From Nibricoccus sp. (lineage in GTDB: Bacteria > Verrucomicrobiota > Verrucomicrobiia > Opitutales > Opitutaceae), in NCBI GenBank assembly GCA_047602425.1, contig JASGHG010000001.1:1152001-1216000 (forward strand): a stretch of DNA of 64,000 nt, given 5' to 3'. Each line of letters starts with the position of its first letter. Position 1 is the stretch's first letter. Below are positions 21,399 to 30,342 of this stretch, in pieces. A model generated the notes under the pieces. It was given only the letters and a program-made list of their open reading frames with translations, had not been told where the DNA came from and searched no databases. Made by a program: the position numbers and the translations under genes.

Positions 21399-22169
21399 TT
21401 ATTCCTCGCCCATCGCTTCCTCAAGGAAGTTCATTTGCGAGGCATCGGCCCGCTGATTGAGGAGTTTTCGCAGGAACATGGTGCGGTGCTGGTTTGACGC
21501 GCCATACTGCAGCACCGCCAGCCGGTGCTCCTCCGTGCCGTAGCCTTTGTGCTGCGCGAATCCATAATTTGGATACTGCGCGTCGAGCTCGTTCATCAAA
21601 CGATCGCGCGTGACCTTGGCAACGATCGAGGCCATGGCGATACAGAGCGACCGCGCGTCGCCTTTCACGATGCCGTTGTGCGGATAGGGGAAACTTTTCA
21701 GCGGTAAACCGTCGATCAGGATACGACAGGAAACCTGCGGGATGAATTTCGCGGCTTCCTCCGGCGACGTAAACAGATCCGGCTCGGTCCGGCGTTCGAA
21801 AGCGCTCGGCGGATAGATGCCTTCGAGGGCGCGGCGCATAGCGAGCTTGGTTGCGCCCAGGATGTTGAAATTTTCGATTTCCTCGACCGAAGCCGCACCG
21901 AAGTTGGCATGGATCTGGCCTTGGGCCACAAGCGTCTCGAAATCGAAGTACAATTCGGCCCGCTCAGCCGGCGTGAGCATTTTCGAGTCATTGACCTTTT
22001 GGGCCTTCGTCATCGCCCAACGGCTTTCGAGAAAATCTTGGTTCACCATCACCGCCGCGGCCACGACCGGCCCGGCCAGCGAACCGCGGCCCGCTTCATC
22101 GACTCCGATGAGGCTGGAAAAACTTTCGATTTGTTTAAGGTCAAATCCGCGCAGCTGGCGGCGTTTCAT
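21399..22169 (-). CDS. rnhB: Ribonuclease HII
   Basis: GVDEAGRGSLAGPV, NDSK, LIDG, KGDARSLCIAMASIVAKVTRD, HKGYGT. Confidence 0.95.
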   Translation of the reverse strand: MKRRQLRGFDLKQIESFSSLIGVDEAGRGSLAGPVVAAAVMVNQDFLESRWAMTKAQKVNDSKMLTPAERAELYFDFETLVAQGQIHANFGAASVEEIENFNILGATKLAMRRALEGIYPPSAFERRTEPDLFTSPEEAAKFIPQVSCRILIDGLPLKSFPYPHNGIVKGDARSLCIAMASIVAKVTRDRLMNELDAQYPNYGFAQHKGYGTEEHRLAVLQYGASNQHRTMFLRKLLNQRADASQMNFLEEAMGEE

Positions 22170-22264
22170 CGGGTTTGTTGTAAATATCTTCGCCAAGGGC
22201 GCAAGCACGCGGCACACCTTGAGTCACATCGTATATTTCAGGACAATATCGACCACTTTCCAAC

Positions 22265-22735
22265 ATGACTTTGATGGAGACTTTCGAATTTCTAAGCTAC
22301 GTCGTGACCGTCGTGGGCCTTCCGTTCGCGATCATTGTTTTTATTCTCGAACAGCGAAAGGAACGCGACAACGAGGAGGAGGAAATCTACCAGCGTCTTT
22401 CCGACGAGTACCGCGAATTCCTCAAGCTCGTGCTGGACAATGCCGACTTACAATTGCTTCGTCGCGAGGGCGTGCGCCACGAATTCACCGAGGAGCAAAA
22501 GGAACGCCGCCTCGCGATCTTCGGCATCCTGATCTCACTTTTCGAACGCGCCTACCTGCTCGTCTACGAAGATGACATGGACAAAAAAGCCTGCCGCCTC
22601 TGGAAATCCTGGGAAGACTACATGGTGGAATGGGTACGCCGTTCGGAATTTCGCGATGCGCTCCCGAGCCTGCTCGAAGGCGAGGACGAAGAGTTCACGC
22701 AATATATCCAGCAACTCGCGGCGAAGAAGGGATAG
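22265..22735 (+). CDS. Hypothetical protein with N-terminal membrane anchor
   Basis: 156-aa ORF with host-like codon usage; one TM helix followed by an acidic helical domain. Confidence 0.75.
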   Translation: MTLMETFEFLSYVVTVVGLPFAIIVFILEQRKERDNEEEEIYQRLSDEYREFLKLVLDNADLQLLRREGVRHEFTEEQKERRLAIFGILISLFERAYLLVYEDDMDKKACRLWKSWEDYMVEWVRRSEFRDALPSLLEGEDEEFTQYIQQLAAKKG

Positions 22736-22770
22736 CGTCGGCCAAAATCCTTTCGCCTCCGAGGCCGTTG

Positions 22771-23421
22771 TCAGCCTCGCTGTTGATAATATTTAGCCGT
22801 CGCCTGACTGCGTGAATGCACATGCAGTTTTTCATAAATTCGACGGGTATAGGTTTTCACCGTAAAAACATTCAGGCTTAGCTTGTCCGCGATTTCTTTA
22901 TAGAGAAATCCCTGCGCCAAAAGATCGAGCACCTGTTGTTCACGCGCCGAAAGCTGTTCGGTATCCTGAGGCACGCTCGGCGGCGCCGAAAAGGATCTCA
23001 CCACTTTGCGCGCGATCGCACTGCTCATCGGCGATCCGCCCTCATGAATTTGCTGGATCGCTGCGATCAGATCCTCCCGTCGGGTGCTTTTGAGTAAATA
23101 GCCCGTAGCTCCCGCCGCGAGAGCCTGGAAAATATGTTCAGGGTCGTCGTACACCGTCAGCATGAGAAACTGCGTTTGCGGCATCAGCGGTTTCAAACGT
23201 CGCACGCATTCAACGCCGCTCATCTGCGGCAAATTGATATCCATTAAAATCACGTCGGGTCCGTCGTTGGGCAACGCGGCAACAGCTTTTTCGCTTTCAC
23301 CGAAATCGCTCACAAGCGCGAGGGAGGGAGCGCTCCGCACGACGTTGCCCAAGATCCGCCGCGCAGGCTCGTCATCTTCGACAATGGAAATTCGTATGGG
23401 TTTAATCTGCGGGGAGGTCAT
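22771..23421 (-). CDS. NarL/LuxR-family response regulator
   Basis: IVEDD, LMDINLP, GYLLK, LSAREQQVLDLLAQGFLYKEIA. ATGA overlap with the upstream kinase. Confidence 0.93.
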   Translation of the reverse strand: MTSPQIKPIRISIVEDDEPARRILGNVVRSAPSLALVSDFGESEKAVAALPNDGPDVILMDINLPQMSGVECVRRLKPLMPQTQFLMLTVYDDPEHIFQALAAGATGYLLKSTRREDLIAAIQQIHEGGSPMSSAIARKVVRSFSAPPSVPQDTEQLSAREQQVLDLLAQGFLYKEIADKLSLNVFTVKTYTRRIYEKLHVHSRSQATAKYYQQRG

Positions 23422-26363
23422 GAATTGAGCTTGTTTACCGGGATGACGAGACGAACTTCCGCTCCGCCATTGTCGGCGTCACGCACGGTGCATTCTCCGC
23501 CGATGGCGGTCATTCTCGCGGCGAGATTCGGCAGGCCGTTTCCGCCACCCGCGCGCAAGGGTGCGGTTGCCGCCATCCCGCCACCGTTGTCGACGATCAC
23601 AATGCCGAACCTTTCGGCAGTACACTCGATGCGGATAAAAACTTCCGTCGCCCGGGCGTGTTTGATGCAATTGTTCAGCGCCTCCTTGAACGCCAAAAAT
23701 AAATGATGGCGGCAGGTGCTGTTCACTTTCACCTCGGGAATATCGCGGGGTGCGGCGAGGCGATACCGGATTTTCGCCACGCTCAAAAAACCCTGCGCGT
23801 AGCTGTCGAAATAACTGACCAGACTGTCCAGATTGTCGTGCTGCGCGTCGACCGCCCACACGATTTCATCGATCGAACGCGTGATCTCCGTGGTCGTCGC
23901 ATGGATTTCGTTAAAACAATTGCGCGCCGACTCCGTGGTCGCTTCGGGTGGCGAGGATTGCGTGAGCAGACTGATCCGCGTCAGGCTCGCGCCCAATTCG
24001 TCGTGAATATCCCGCGCGATGCGAGTGCGCTCCCGGTCGACAGCGGATTCCCGTTCGACCCGTTCAAGCTTGTTGCGCAAACGCCGGTGTGATCGCGCAC
24101 GCACCCCAAGAACAAGAAGCGCAATCACAGCGGCGCCTGCCCCAAACCGAAACCAAACCGTCTGCCACCAAAATGGTACAACGACAATCTGTAGCGTGGC
24201 TCCGCTGTCGCCCATCTCACTTTCCTCATCTGCCGAAACAATTCTTAAGTTATAACTTCCGGGCAAGAGCCGGGGATAAACGATCCTCCTCTCCGCTCCC
24301 GCATCGATCCACTCCTGATCGAAGCCCTCCAGCCGGTGGCGAGCCTGAGTTCGCTCGGGCGCGGTAAAATTAAGCACGGAAAAACGGAGCTCTATTTTGT
24401 GCATATCACAACGCACCTTCACCACAGAGGACAAAGGTCGCACCACGTCGTCCACTCGCAATTCATCGATAAAAACGGGGGCACTCCCCTTGCGCCGAAC
24501 AACGTTGGGATCGATCGCGAGCACGCCGAGACGCGTTGTAAACCAAAGCATGCCGTCGCGGCCTTTCACGCTATTTGGCTGATAACCATCCACGCACGAA
24601 ATGTGCGCAAAACCTTCGTTCTTTCCGAAGGTAGCTGGATGAATGCGATTGGTTCGGCCTGCGAGGCATTCCGCTATCTCCCGTCGTTCCACACGGAAAA
24701 TGCCGCGAGGCGAACCCAGCCAAACCGCACCAAAATCGTCAAAGAGCATTTGTGAAATCACTCCTTCCGGCAGCCCCTGCGTCGACGTAAGGAAATGCTC
24801 GCTCCCCTCGTGGATAAGGACGAGTCCTGTCTCCGTGGCGATCCAGAGTGTACCGTCCTTCTCGGCAGCCATCACACGTATCGACGGCAGTGGCTCAGCT
24901 CCAGCCCGACGCATCGATTCAAAACGGTTTCCGTCGAAGCGGAAAAGCATGCCTTCCGTCGTTCCAACAAGAATCCGGCCTTCCGCATCTTCGGCGATAC
25001 AACTCACAAGTTGGTTCGGCAATCCGGCATCGGGCCCAAAAACGGTGAAGTCCGTTTTGTTAAGCCGCCCCAAACCGCCGGTATCCCCTGTCAGCCAGAG
25101 TTCGCCCGTGCGGGAACTGAACATGACGCGAAAGGCATCAAATGTCTTTATATCGATTCTTCTGATACCATTAACCTCATCCATTCTCCACAAGCCCGCG
25201 CCACCGCTAAACCAAACTCCGCCTGTCACGTCGGATGCGATTCGATTCGCATTGGTTTTCGGCCATTTATTTCGGCCAGTCATCACCTCGATGCCAGTTT
25301 TTGCCACCCGAGCCACTCCACCATCGCGATTCGCAAACCAAATTTGACCCTGCGCATCTTCGCAGACCGAAAGCGTCACGTCGTCCCGCAACCCGGACTT
25401 TGAGTCATAGAGTCGGAAATGCTTTGCCTGTAGCCGCGCGAGCCCGCCACCGCCGGTTCCAAGCCAAATATTCCCTTCATTGTCCTGGAAAATCGAAGTA
25501 ACCGTCCGATGCGACGTCGGCACGGCCTGATAATCGTTATTCGTGACGAGATACGCACCCTGAGACCGCGTACCCACCCAGAGATTCCCCTCCTTGTCCT
25601 CAAGCAAGGCTCTCACGTAATGCGCGCCGAGCAGCTCCGGAATTTTTACCGCCGCTTCGATCTCCCGACCATTCCACCGGCCCACGACGTCGCGCGCGAC
25701 AATCCATGGGTGCCCATGCCGACTGGAGGCTATACGTAGTTCGGTTTCGCGCCACGGCGGGGTGATTTTCGTGGCGTTTCCATTGCTGGCATGAAAAAGG
25801 AGCGAACCAGCCGCGATCCACACGCCATCGCTTCCATCGCTGGCAAAAGACACCAGTTGACGAACCATTTTAACCCCTTCCAGTTTCACCTCCGACACAT
25901 GACCGTCGCGGAGGACTTCAACTTTGCCTTCGAAGAAGCCGGCCCAAAGTGTGCCATCGTGCTGAACGTGCCAGGTCTGTACGTGCTGTTTGGAAAACTG
26001 GTCCGTAACGGAATTTTTGCGCAAAACATGGCCATCCCACTGCCAAATTTCTCCGCTATTGGATGAAAAGAGCAGGCCCAGGTCCGGATGTGTCACCAGC
26101 GAACGGGCAAAAAGCGTAGGAGCCGCCTGAGCAACGGATTGTGGTACATCGAAACGAATACCATTGAACCGTGCGACACCGCCAACATCCGCCGCCACCC
26201 AGAGATAACCTTGCACGTCCTGCGTGACACCTTGAACCATTTCGTTCGGCAAGCCGTCTTCGCCGTGCCATTCTCGCAGGGAATATTCGGCCGCAAACAA
26301 GTCGCGTGGCTCCAACAAGACCGCCATCACCCAGGCAAATAGCGACAGATAGGAGCGATTCAT
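23418..26363 (-). CDS. Beta-propeller sensor histidine kinase (HisKA_3 type)
   Basis: Propeller repeats, Y_Y_Y, TM helix, ERTRIARDIHDELGASL, GNGL. Confidence 0.92.
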   Translation of the reverse strand: MNRSYLSLFAWVMAVLLEPRDLFAAEYSLREWHGEDGLPNEMVQGVTQDVQGYLWVAADVGGVARFNGIRFDVPQSVAQAAPTLFARSLVTHPDLGLLFSSNSGEIWQWDGHVLRKNSVTDQFSKQHVQTWHVQHDGTLWAGFFEGKVEVLRDGHVSEVKLEGVKMVRQLVSFASDGSDGVWIAAGSLLFHASNGNATKITPPWRETELRIASSRHGHPWIVARDVVGRWNGREIEAAVKIPELLGAHYVRALLEDKEGNLWVGTRSQGAYLVTNNDYQAVPTSHRTVTSIFQDNEGNIWLGTGGGGLARLQAKHFRLYDSKSGLRDDVTLSVCEDAQGQIWFANRDGGVARVAKTGIEVMTGRNKWPKTNANRIASDVTGGVWFSGGAGLWRMDEVNGIRRIDIKTFDAFRVMFSSRTGELWLTGDTGGLGRLNKTDFTVFGPDAGLPNQLVSCIAEDAEGRILVGTTEGMLFRFDGNRFESMRRAGAEPLPSIRVMAAEKDGTLWIATETGLVLIHEGSEHFLTSTQGLPEGVISQMLFDDFGAVWLGSPRGIFRVERREIAECLAGRTNRIHPATFGKNEGFAHISCVDGYQPNSVKGRDGMLWFTTRLGVLAIDPNVVRRKGSAPVFIDELRVDDVVRPLSSVVKVRCDMHKIELRFSVLNFTAPERTQARHRLEGFDQEWIDAGAERRIVYPRLLPGSYNLRIVSADEESEMGDSGATLQIVVVPFWWQTVWFRFGAGAAVIALLVLGVRARSHRRLRNKLERVERESAVDRERTRIARDIHDELGASLTRISLLTQSSPPEATTESARNCFNEIHATTTEITRSIDEIVWAVDAQHDNLDSLVSYFDSYAQGFLSVAKIRYRLAAPRDIPEVKVNSTCRHHLFLAFKEALNNCIKHARATEVFIRIECTAERFGIVIVDNGGGMAATAPLRAGGGNGLPNLAARMTAIGGECTVRDADNGGAEVRLVIPVNKLNS

Positions 26364-26474
26364 GGTACGACGGTGAGACTATGTCGCCGGATTTGCCATC
26401 GCAGACAAGCTATTCTGCGAGGCTCAAATGACGCTCAACGGTTACGCTCTTCGTCTCCGATGGCGGTCGAATTG

Positions 26475-27578
26475 TCATCCGACATATTCCAAGCTACCGG
26501 TTTTATTTGGTTCGTCGTTCCAAAATTCGACCATGCTTCGTTGCACACGTGAAGGCAGCGTCGTTCCTTCGCGCCATTCACCGGCTAGTGCCACTTCATG
26601 GTGATGAGCCGGAACGCCCAATTCGTTGCGATGCAAAAGTCCCACGAGCATTTCGACCGCGAGCGCGCCCACTTTTGCCGGGTTATAATAGACCCCGCTG
26701 ACACCCGATTCCGGGGTGTCTTGAAGTTCTGCCAAACCCACATCACGCGGCACGTCACAACCCAGTCCACGTAGCCAACGCAATACCGGCGCCGCATGAG
26801 TGACTATTAAAGCGTCAGGTTTTTCCCGGCGAAACCATTCCCTGAAAATCGCTTCATCGGTTGGCGCTTCCGGACACAACGGAACTCGATCCGCCTCGGG
26901 CAGTTTCATTTGTTGCAAAAAATACGCTCCGAGCCAGCGATCTCCGACGCACGGACTGTCGTTGGCCTCCGAAAAGACCAGGCCGACCCGGCGGTAGCCG
27001 CGCTGGCGGCACTGTTCCATAACCAGCCGAGCCGTATCAAAATGGCTTTCCGTCACATGATGTAGCAAGGGCGAACGCAAGGTCATGCCCAGCGCCACCG
27101 ACGAAAAATCTTCCCAAGGAAGTTCAAGCGACTCCTTCCCCGGCGGCATGCGCCCAATGAGCAATCCGTGGATGTCACGCGTTCGAAGAATCTGGCTGAA
27201 GCGCGCCGGTGTCATGCCGGGTTCGCCCAGCCAAAAATGCTCCAGGTTGTAACCAAATTTTTGCGCTCGCTCGACCGCGCCGGGAAAAAAATCGGGCCGG
27301 TCATGATGCGTTCGCCGCCAACCGAAGCGTGTTGGATAGTTCGTCACAAACGCGAGCGTGGCATGCTTTATTTCTCCGCCGTTACGGCGCGATTTCATGA
27401 GGGCGGCCACCAGCGGATTTACCCGGTAGCCGAATGCCTCGGCGATCGCTTTTATCTTTTCACGCGTCGCGTGGGCGATCCGCGGATTGTCGCGCAAAGC
27501 CAAAGCAACAGTCGAACGATGCACACCGGCTCGCCGAGCGATATCCTGCAATGTGGCCGGATGAATTCTCTCAATCAC
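26475..27578 (-). CDS. LacI-family transcriptional regulator
   Basis: TLQDIARRAGVHRSTVALAL HTH; GTG start at 27578 preceded by AAGGAG. Confidence 0.9.
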   Translation of the reverse strand: MIERIHPATLQDIARRAGVHRSTVALALRDNPRIAHATREKIKAIAEAFGYRVNPLVAALMKSRRNGGEIKHATLAFVTNYPTRFGWRRTHHDRPDFFPGAVERAQKFGYNLEHFWLGEPGMTPARFSQILRTRDIHGLLIGRMPPGKESLELPWEDFSSVALGMTLRSPLLHHVTESHFDTARLVMEQCRQRGYRRVGLVFSEANDSPCVGDRWLGAYFLQQMKLPEADRVPLCPEAPTDEAIFREWFRREKPDALIVTHAAPVLRWLRGLGCDVPRDVGLAELQDTPESGVSGVYYNPAKVGALAVEMLVGLLHRNELGVPAHHHEVALAGEWREGTTLPSRVQRSMVEFWNDEPNKTGSLEYVG

Positions 27579-27940
27579 AGGATGCTCCTTTCCTTTGTCC
27601 GACAACAACCACCCGTTCTCTCCAAATTTCCGGTCGATCCTCTCGGACACCTTGACTCGTCCGCCGAAAATACAATTCCCCTGACAAATTCGCGTTCAAG
27701 CAAATCGACCGGGCAACATTGATCGTGGACAAATGATTGAAGACGCATGGCGGGGCGAGGTCGGTCACGCCGAGTTTCCAGCGAGACCTGCACCTAGATT
27801 CCCTCTGCCATGCACGCTCCCGCGATCCGAAAAAGCACCAGCCGTGTAGTCAAAAGGGACTACATTTAAACTAAAAACCTGTCTTGAAAAACACTACGGC
27901 GTTTAGGAACCAAGGACACGACACCGGATCATAGAGTACT

Positions 27941-30250
27941 TCATTCGCGGCCATCCCAGTGAGATGTGCCTTGGGCCGGCAATGTGAGAGTATGCACAAC
28001 GCCTTGATAGCGCAGTCGCGCTGAACCTCCATTGGCAGATTTCACGGTCACGGTAACGAGTGCCCCATCACGCCACTCAAGATCGACTTCAAAACCACCG
28101 CGTGCACGCAGGCCTTTCACCGATCCGGTTGGCCAAGCTTTGGGCAAGGTCGGCAGCAGTTCGATTTCATCGGCATGCGATTGAAGCAGCATTTCCGCGA
28201 TTGCCGACGTGCCACCGAAATTGCCGTCGATCTGGAACGGGGGATGCGCGTCAAAAAGGTCTGGATACGTGCGTTCGGGTCCAAGGAGTGCCTTAAGTAC
28301 GGTGTGCGTGCGTTCGGGGTCCTGAAGCCTAGCCCAAAGATTGAGGCGCCAGGCAATTGCCCAACCAGTCGACAGGTCTCCACGCAGCTCCAGGGTCTTG
28401 CGCACGGCCAACGCCAGATCCGGCGTGCCACGAAGCGTAATCTGATCGCTGGGAAAGAAAGCGTACAGGTGCGAAACATGCCGGTGACGTTGATCGGGCG
28501 CCGCCGCTTCCCAATCTTCCAGCCATTCCTTTAGGTCGCCTCGCGAACTGATTTGGTTGGGAGGAAGTTTTGCCCGCAAAGTGGAAAGCTGTTTTGCGAA
28601 ATCGGCATCGATTCCGAGAATGGCCGCAGCCTCAATACATTCGCTGAACAGGTCGCGGATGATTTGGCTGTCCATCATCGGACCAGCCGTCGTTGTGACT
28701 CCAGAATGATGGGCGTTCTCCGGCGACATTGAGGGAGAGGTCACCAGATATTTGGTTTTGGGATCTTCAACCAACGTTGAGACGAAGAAGGCAGCCGAAC
28801 CTTTCATGAGTGGATAAGCTTTCTCCAAAAACTGATTATCACGGGTATAGAGGAAATGCTCCCACAGATGCCGGCACAGCCAAGCGCCGCCTGTTGGCCA
28901 CATTCCATAAAAAGCACTGTCGATCGGTCCCGTGGCCCTCCAAAGATCCGTGTTGTGATGCGCCACCCAGCCTTCCGCTCCGTAATGTTCGCGGGCAAAT
29001 TTGCCGCCGGTTTCTGAAAGGTCCCGAATCATGGCAAACAATGGCTCGGCACACTCGGAGAGGTTGGCCACTTCGGCCGGCCAGTAATTCATCTCCGTGT
29101 TGATGTTGATCGTATATTTTGAATTCCACGGAGGGTTCAGGCTATCGTTCCAGAGGCCTTGCAGCGTTGCAGGCTGCGAGCCGGGACGGGAACTACTGAT
29201 GAGAAGGTAACGCCCATATTGAAAATACAGTGCAGCCAGTTGCGGGTCGTTGGAAGTAACCGACTTCCGAACCCGTTCATCCGTCGGCAGACGTTCTGCG
29301 TCGCTGTGCCCAAGGTCGATCGCCACCCGACGATAGAGGCGTTGGTGCTCGGCAACGTGTGCAGAACGCAGAGTGTCAAAAGTTTTGCCTTGGACGGCTG
29401 CCAGCGTGGCCGCGTTGAGCGCTGCGGGATCGCCCGATACGTCGCGATAGTTCCGGAAACTCGTGGCTGCAGTAATCAAGATGACAGCGGAAGACGATCC
29501 GTTCACGTGGATTTGAGTAGCATCCGTGCTGACTTGTCCATCAGGAGTGAGAACTTTGACCCGGGCTTCGAAAGTGAGCGCGCCGGGAACGCCGTTGGCT
29601 GATCCATTTTTACCGGTGATAACAAGTTCGTTTCCTTGGATGGCTATCTTCGCCGATTGTGGCGTCTGGAAAGCAAGTGTGAAGGCAAGCCGGGCTGGAC
29701 GATCCGGCCGCTCCAGCTCACGAGCGGTGAGTCGCATCACAATGACATTGTCGACCGGGCTCACAAAAACTTCGCGCGTATGCTTGACTGAGCCCAAGCG
29801 AAACTCAGTGCGCGCAATCGCCGTGTCCAAGTCGAGTTCGCGGCGATATTCGGTGACGCCGTGGGTTCCAGCCATCGAAATCGTCACGTCACCCAGCGTC
29901 TGATACGAAGTCTGCCGCACCGGTCGCGACATGAATTTCGCCTCAATGAGATTCTGCGCTTCCAGATAACGTCCGTCGGCGATCAGACGGCGGATTTCGG
30001 GAAGGGCAGCTTTCGCCTCCGGGTTGGCAGGATTATACGGACCTCCCGACCACAACGTTCCCTCGTTGAGCTGCAACCGTTCCATTTGTATACCGCCAAA
30101 AACCATGGCGCCCAAGCGGCCATTTCCCAGCGGCAAGGCCTCCACCCATTGGCCGGCAGGGCGCTCATACCATAGCGTGAGCGGGTCTGCGGAGAAAGCA
30201 CGTGGCAAAACCACAAAGCAGAGCACAAAGAGTGAAGCTGAAAGTCGCAT
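27941..30250 (-). CDS. GH95 alpha-L-fucosidase / L-galactosidase family
   Basis: ALPLGNGRLGAM, FQYGRYLLISSSR, YTININTEMNYW, SPEN, HRHVSHL, FQIDGNFG; signal peptide from ATG 30250. Confidence 0.93.
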   Translation of the reverse strand: MRLSASLFVLCFVVLPRAFSADPLTLWYERPAGQWVEALPLGNGRLGAMVFGGIQMERLQLNEGTLWSGGPYNPANPEAKAALPEIRRLIADGRYLEAQNLIEAKFMSRPVRQTSYQTLGDVTISMAGTHGVTEYRRELDLDTAIARTEFRLGSVKHTREVFVSPVDNVIVMRLTARELERPDRPARLAFTLAFQTPQSAKIAIQGNELVITGKNGSANGVPGALTFEARVKVLTPDGQVSTDATQIHVNGSSSAVILITAATSFRNYRDVSGDPAALNAATLAAVQGKTFDTLRSAHVAEHQRLYRRVAIDLGHSDAERLPTDERVRKSVTSNDPQLAALYFQYGRYLLISSSRPGSQPATLQGLWNDSLNPPWNSKYTININTEMNYWPAEVANLSECAEPLFAMIRDLSETGGKFAREHYGAEGWVAHHNTDLWRATGPIDSAFYGMWPTGGAWLCRHLWEHFLYTRDNQFLEKAYPLMKGSAAFFVSTLVEDPKTKYLVTSPSMSPENAHHSGVTTTAGPMMDSQIIRDLFSECIEAAAILGIDADFAKQLSTLRAKLPPNQISSRGDLKEWLEDWEAAAPDQRHRHVSHLYAFFPSDQITLRGTPDLALAVRKTLELRGDLSTGWAIAWRLNLWARLQDPERTHTVLKALLGPERTYPDLFDAHPPFQIDGNFGGTSAIAEMLLQSHADEIELLPTLPKAWPTGSVKGLRARGGFEVDLEWRDGALVTVTVKSANGGSARLRYQGVVHTLTLPAQGTSHWDGRE

Positions 30251-30284
30251 CGAAAGAAACCTGGTGGATGGTCTAAGGTTCGTT

Positions 30285-30326
30285 AAAAAAAAACAAATCG
30301 TCGGCCAGGAGAATCCCGACCGACGA
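30285..30326 (-). terminator. Intrinsic terminator after the TonB-dependent receptor
   Basis: Minus strand TCGTCGGTCGGGA-TTC-TCCTGGCCGACGA followed by TTTGTTTTTTTTT. Confidence 0.8.
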
Positions 30327-30342
30327 CGATTAACATTTTCGA

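Noticed and set aside
26399..26420. TCGCAGA-N8-TCTGCGA palindrome upstream of the kinase
   Set aside because: Single short instance without a convincing second full copy in the paralogous module.
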